64,000 nucleotides of DNA from an uncultured Actinomycetes bacterium. Its GTDB lineage: Bacteria > Actinomycetota > Thermoleophilia > Solirubrobacterales > Solirubrobacteraceae. How positions within the stretch are numbered: the stretch's first letter is position 1; each line of letters opens with the position of its first letter. This document shows, in pieces, positions 62,723-64,000 of the stretch. Below the pieces are notes generated by a model, which did no database searches, was not told the origin of the DNA, and saw nothing but the letters and a program-made list of their open reading frames with translations. The stretch lies in NCBI GenBank assembly GCA_963728925.1, contig CAVSMB010000003.1, positions 3,109 through 67,108 of the forward strand, written 5' to 3'. The position numbers and the translations under genes were made by a program.

Positions 62723-63651
62723 CTAGGCGGCCGCGGCCACGCCGGCGTCCGCGAAGTGCGAGGCGGCGTCGTGCAGTCGCGCGAGCATCGCGGCCACCGC
62801 GCCCGCCGGCTCGCGAGCGGCCACGGCGACGATCCGCCGCACCGGGGCGCGACCGCGCACCGGCCGCACGACGACGTCGTCGCGCTCCGCGGCGAGCCCC
62901 AGGCCGGGCACCAGCGCGACGCCCATCCCGCTGGCCACGAGCCCGACGATCGCAAAGTAGTCGTCCGACCCGTAGAGGACGTCGGGCTGGAAGCCCGCCT
63001 GTGCGCACGCCCGCAGGACGATGTTCGAGTCCCGGCAGGTTCCGCGAAGCCCGACCAGCATCCAGCCCTCGTCGCAGAGGTCGCCGAGCGCGACGGCGGG
63101 GCGGGCCGCCAGCGCGTGGCCCGCCGGCAGGGCGACGTAGAGCTCGTCGTCGAGGAGGTGCTCGACGAACAGGTCGGAGAAGTCGGGCTCGTCGAGCAGG
63201 CCGCCCTCCTCGGCGAGGACGAGCTCGAACTCGCCCCGGCGCAGCGCGGGGACGGCCTCGGGGGGGTCGAGCAGCGTCAGCTCGGCCGTCACCGCCGGGC
63301 GCTCGCGCGGAACGCCGCGAGGGCTCGCGGGACGATGGTGCCAGCGGCCGTCGAGAAGGCCGCGATCCGCACGCGGCCGCGCGCCTGCGTCGTCAGGTCC
63401 TGCAGCTCGGCCTCGGCCTCGGTCAGCTCGGTCAGGATCCGCTCCGTGCGGCGCACGAGCACCTCGCCGGCCGGCGTCGCGCGAACGGCGCGCGGAGAGC
63501 GCTCGAGCAGCGCGACCCCGACCTGGCGCTCAAGGCGCGCGATCTGCTGGGAGACGGCGGGCTGCGTGTAGGCGAGCGCCTCGGCCGCGGCCGAGAACGA
63601 GCCGCGTCGTACGACCTCGCGGAGGACCTTGAGGAGCCGTAGGTCGTCCAT
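62723..63651 (-). pseudogene. LysR-family transcriptional regulator split by a frameshift
   Basis: HTH half 63289-63651 (LLKVLREVVRRGSFSAAAEALAYTQPAVSQQIARLE) ends ...AAFRASARR-stop. The effector half 62723-63292 starts (V)TAELTLLDPPEAVPALRRGEFELVL in another frame. A single 1-nt indel near 63295-63310 would join them. Confidence 0.75.
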
Positions 63652-63735
63652 GCGCGCAACTTATCAACGGCGCACGACGGGATCATGCACGGTTATGCTG
63701 CGACCGTCGTCCGCCGGCCGGTAGCGTCCGCGCCC

Positions 63736-64000
63736 GTGCTCGCCCGCCTGCTGCTCGTCGCGCTCGCCGCCGTGGCCGCGGTCGTCGCCGTCCAGCAGCT
63801 GCGCCACGACCACGGGTGCAAGACGCTCCTGAACGACATCGCCAAGGGGCCGGCCGCGAACATCGACGGCCTGGCGGCGAAGACGCTCGACCGCTGTGGC
63901 GACCCGCGGGACCGCGTCGTCATCGTCGCAGCGCTCGTGGCCCGCAAGAAGCGCGCCGACGCGGTCGCGGTCGTGCGGCGGATGACCGCGGCGAACCCCG
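63736..64000 (+). CDS. hypothetical membrane-anchored protein, 3' end outside the window
   Basis: Hand translation from GTG 63736: (M)LARLLLVALAAVAAVVAVQQLRHDHGCKTLLNDIAKGPAANIDGLAAKTLDRCGDPRDRVVIVAALVARKK... Divergent from the LysR gene, and not in the track because there is no stop in the window. Confidence 0.4.
   Translation, partial: MLARLLLVALAAVAAVVAVQQLRHDHGCKTLLNDIAKGPAANIDGLAAKTLDRCGDPRDRVVIVAALVARKKRADAVAVVRRMTAANP

Noticed and set aside
60396-63571. Two giant overlapping ORFs (870 aa on minus at 60396-63008; 868 aa on plus at 60965-63571) that could be mistaken for large novel proteins.
   Set aside because: Both are Arg/Gly/Ala/Pro-rich nonsense translations running across several recognisable (partly frameshifted) genes on both strands. 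There are no motifs, and they are mutually exclusive with the real genes.
1-64000. Looked for tRNA, rRNA, tmRNA, RNase P, SRP and obvious riboswitch sequences in the intergenic regions.
   Set aside because: Nothing resembling conserved cores (tRNA T-loop GTTCRANYC in a cloverleaf context, or rRNA segments) was seen by eye. I cannot exclude small ncRNAs without a covariance-model scan, so none is reported.

Overview
Very GC-rich (roughly 70% by eye, not computed) Gram-positive-type chromosomal segment. The backbone lies almost entirely on the minus strand: hflX-dut, dapL-dapF-miaA, miaB, rny, recX-recA, htrA, thpR-cinA-rodZ-like, ftsK, rnj-dapA and dapB-M16 peptidase-pnp. This is the conserved actinobacterial recA/ftsK/dap neighbourhood, but with rny/cinA/rodZ arranged as in Firmicutes. 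I infer a deep-branching Actinomycetota lineage (Thermoleophilia/Rubrobacteria-like); this is not proven. Accessory genes sit between the backbone genes: an osmoprotectant ABC operon, an AI-2E transporter, MscS, a two-component system, FIST, SDR, methyltransferases and small membrane proteins. Six things stand out. (1) A radical-SAM SplB/Rv2578c-like gene is split exactly inside its CX3CX2C Fe-S motif by a 340-aa LAGLIDADG intein. Its start codon overlaps a LexA (Cheo/SOS) box, and an IS630 element sits about 40 bp upstream. (2) Perfect LexA palindromes also sit on the start codons of dinB and of an uncharacterised 105-aa ORF, whereas recA has no recognisable LexA box. (3) A C14/G14 homopolymer breaks the frame of a secreted decapeptide-repeat protein between miaB and rny; this is either phase variation or an assembly error. 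(4) Two unrelated IS630-family elements are present, each with a TA target duplication. (5) About 15 decayed genes carry large deletions, frameshifts or nonsense codons, including a 5'-truncated pnp and a frameshift-dense block at 58.2-63.7 kb, while all backbone genes are intact. (6) A Pat-like GNAT is fused to a USP domain. No rRNA, tRNA or CRISPR was recognised. All calls come from reading the translations and sequence by eye. Pseudogene boundaries and some start codons are approximate, and no database search was possible.
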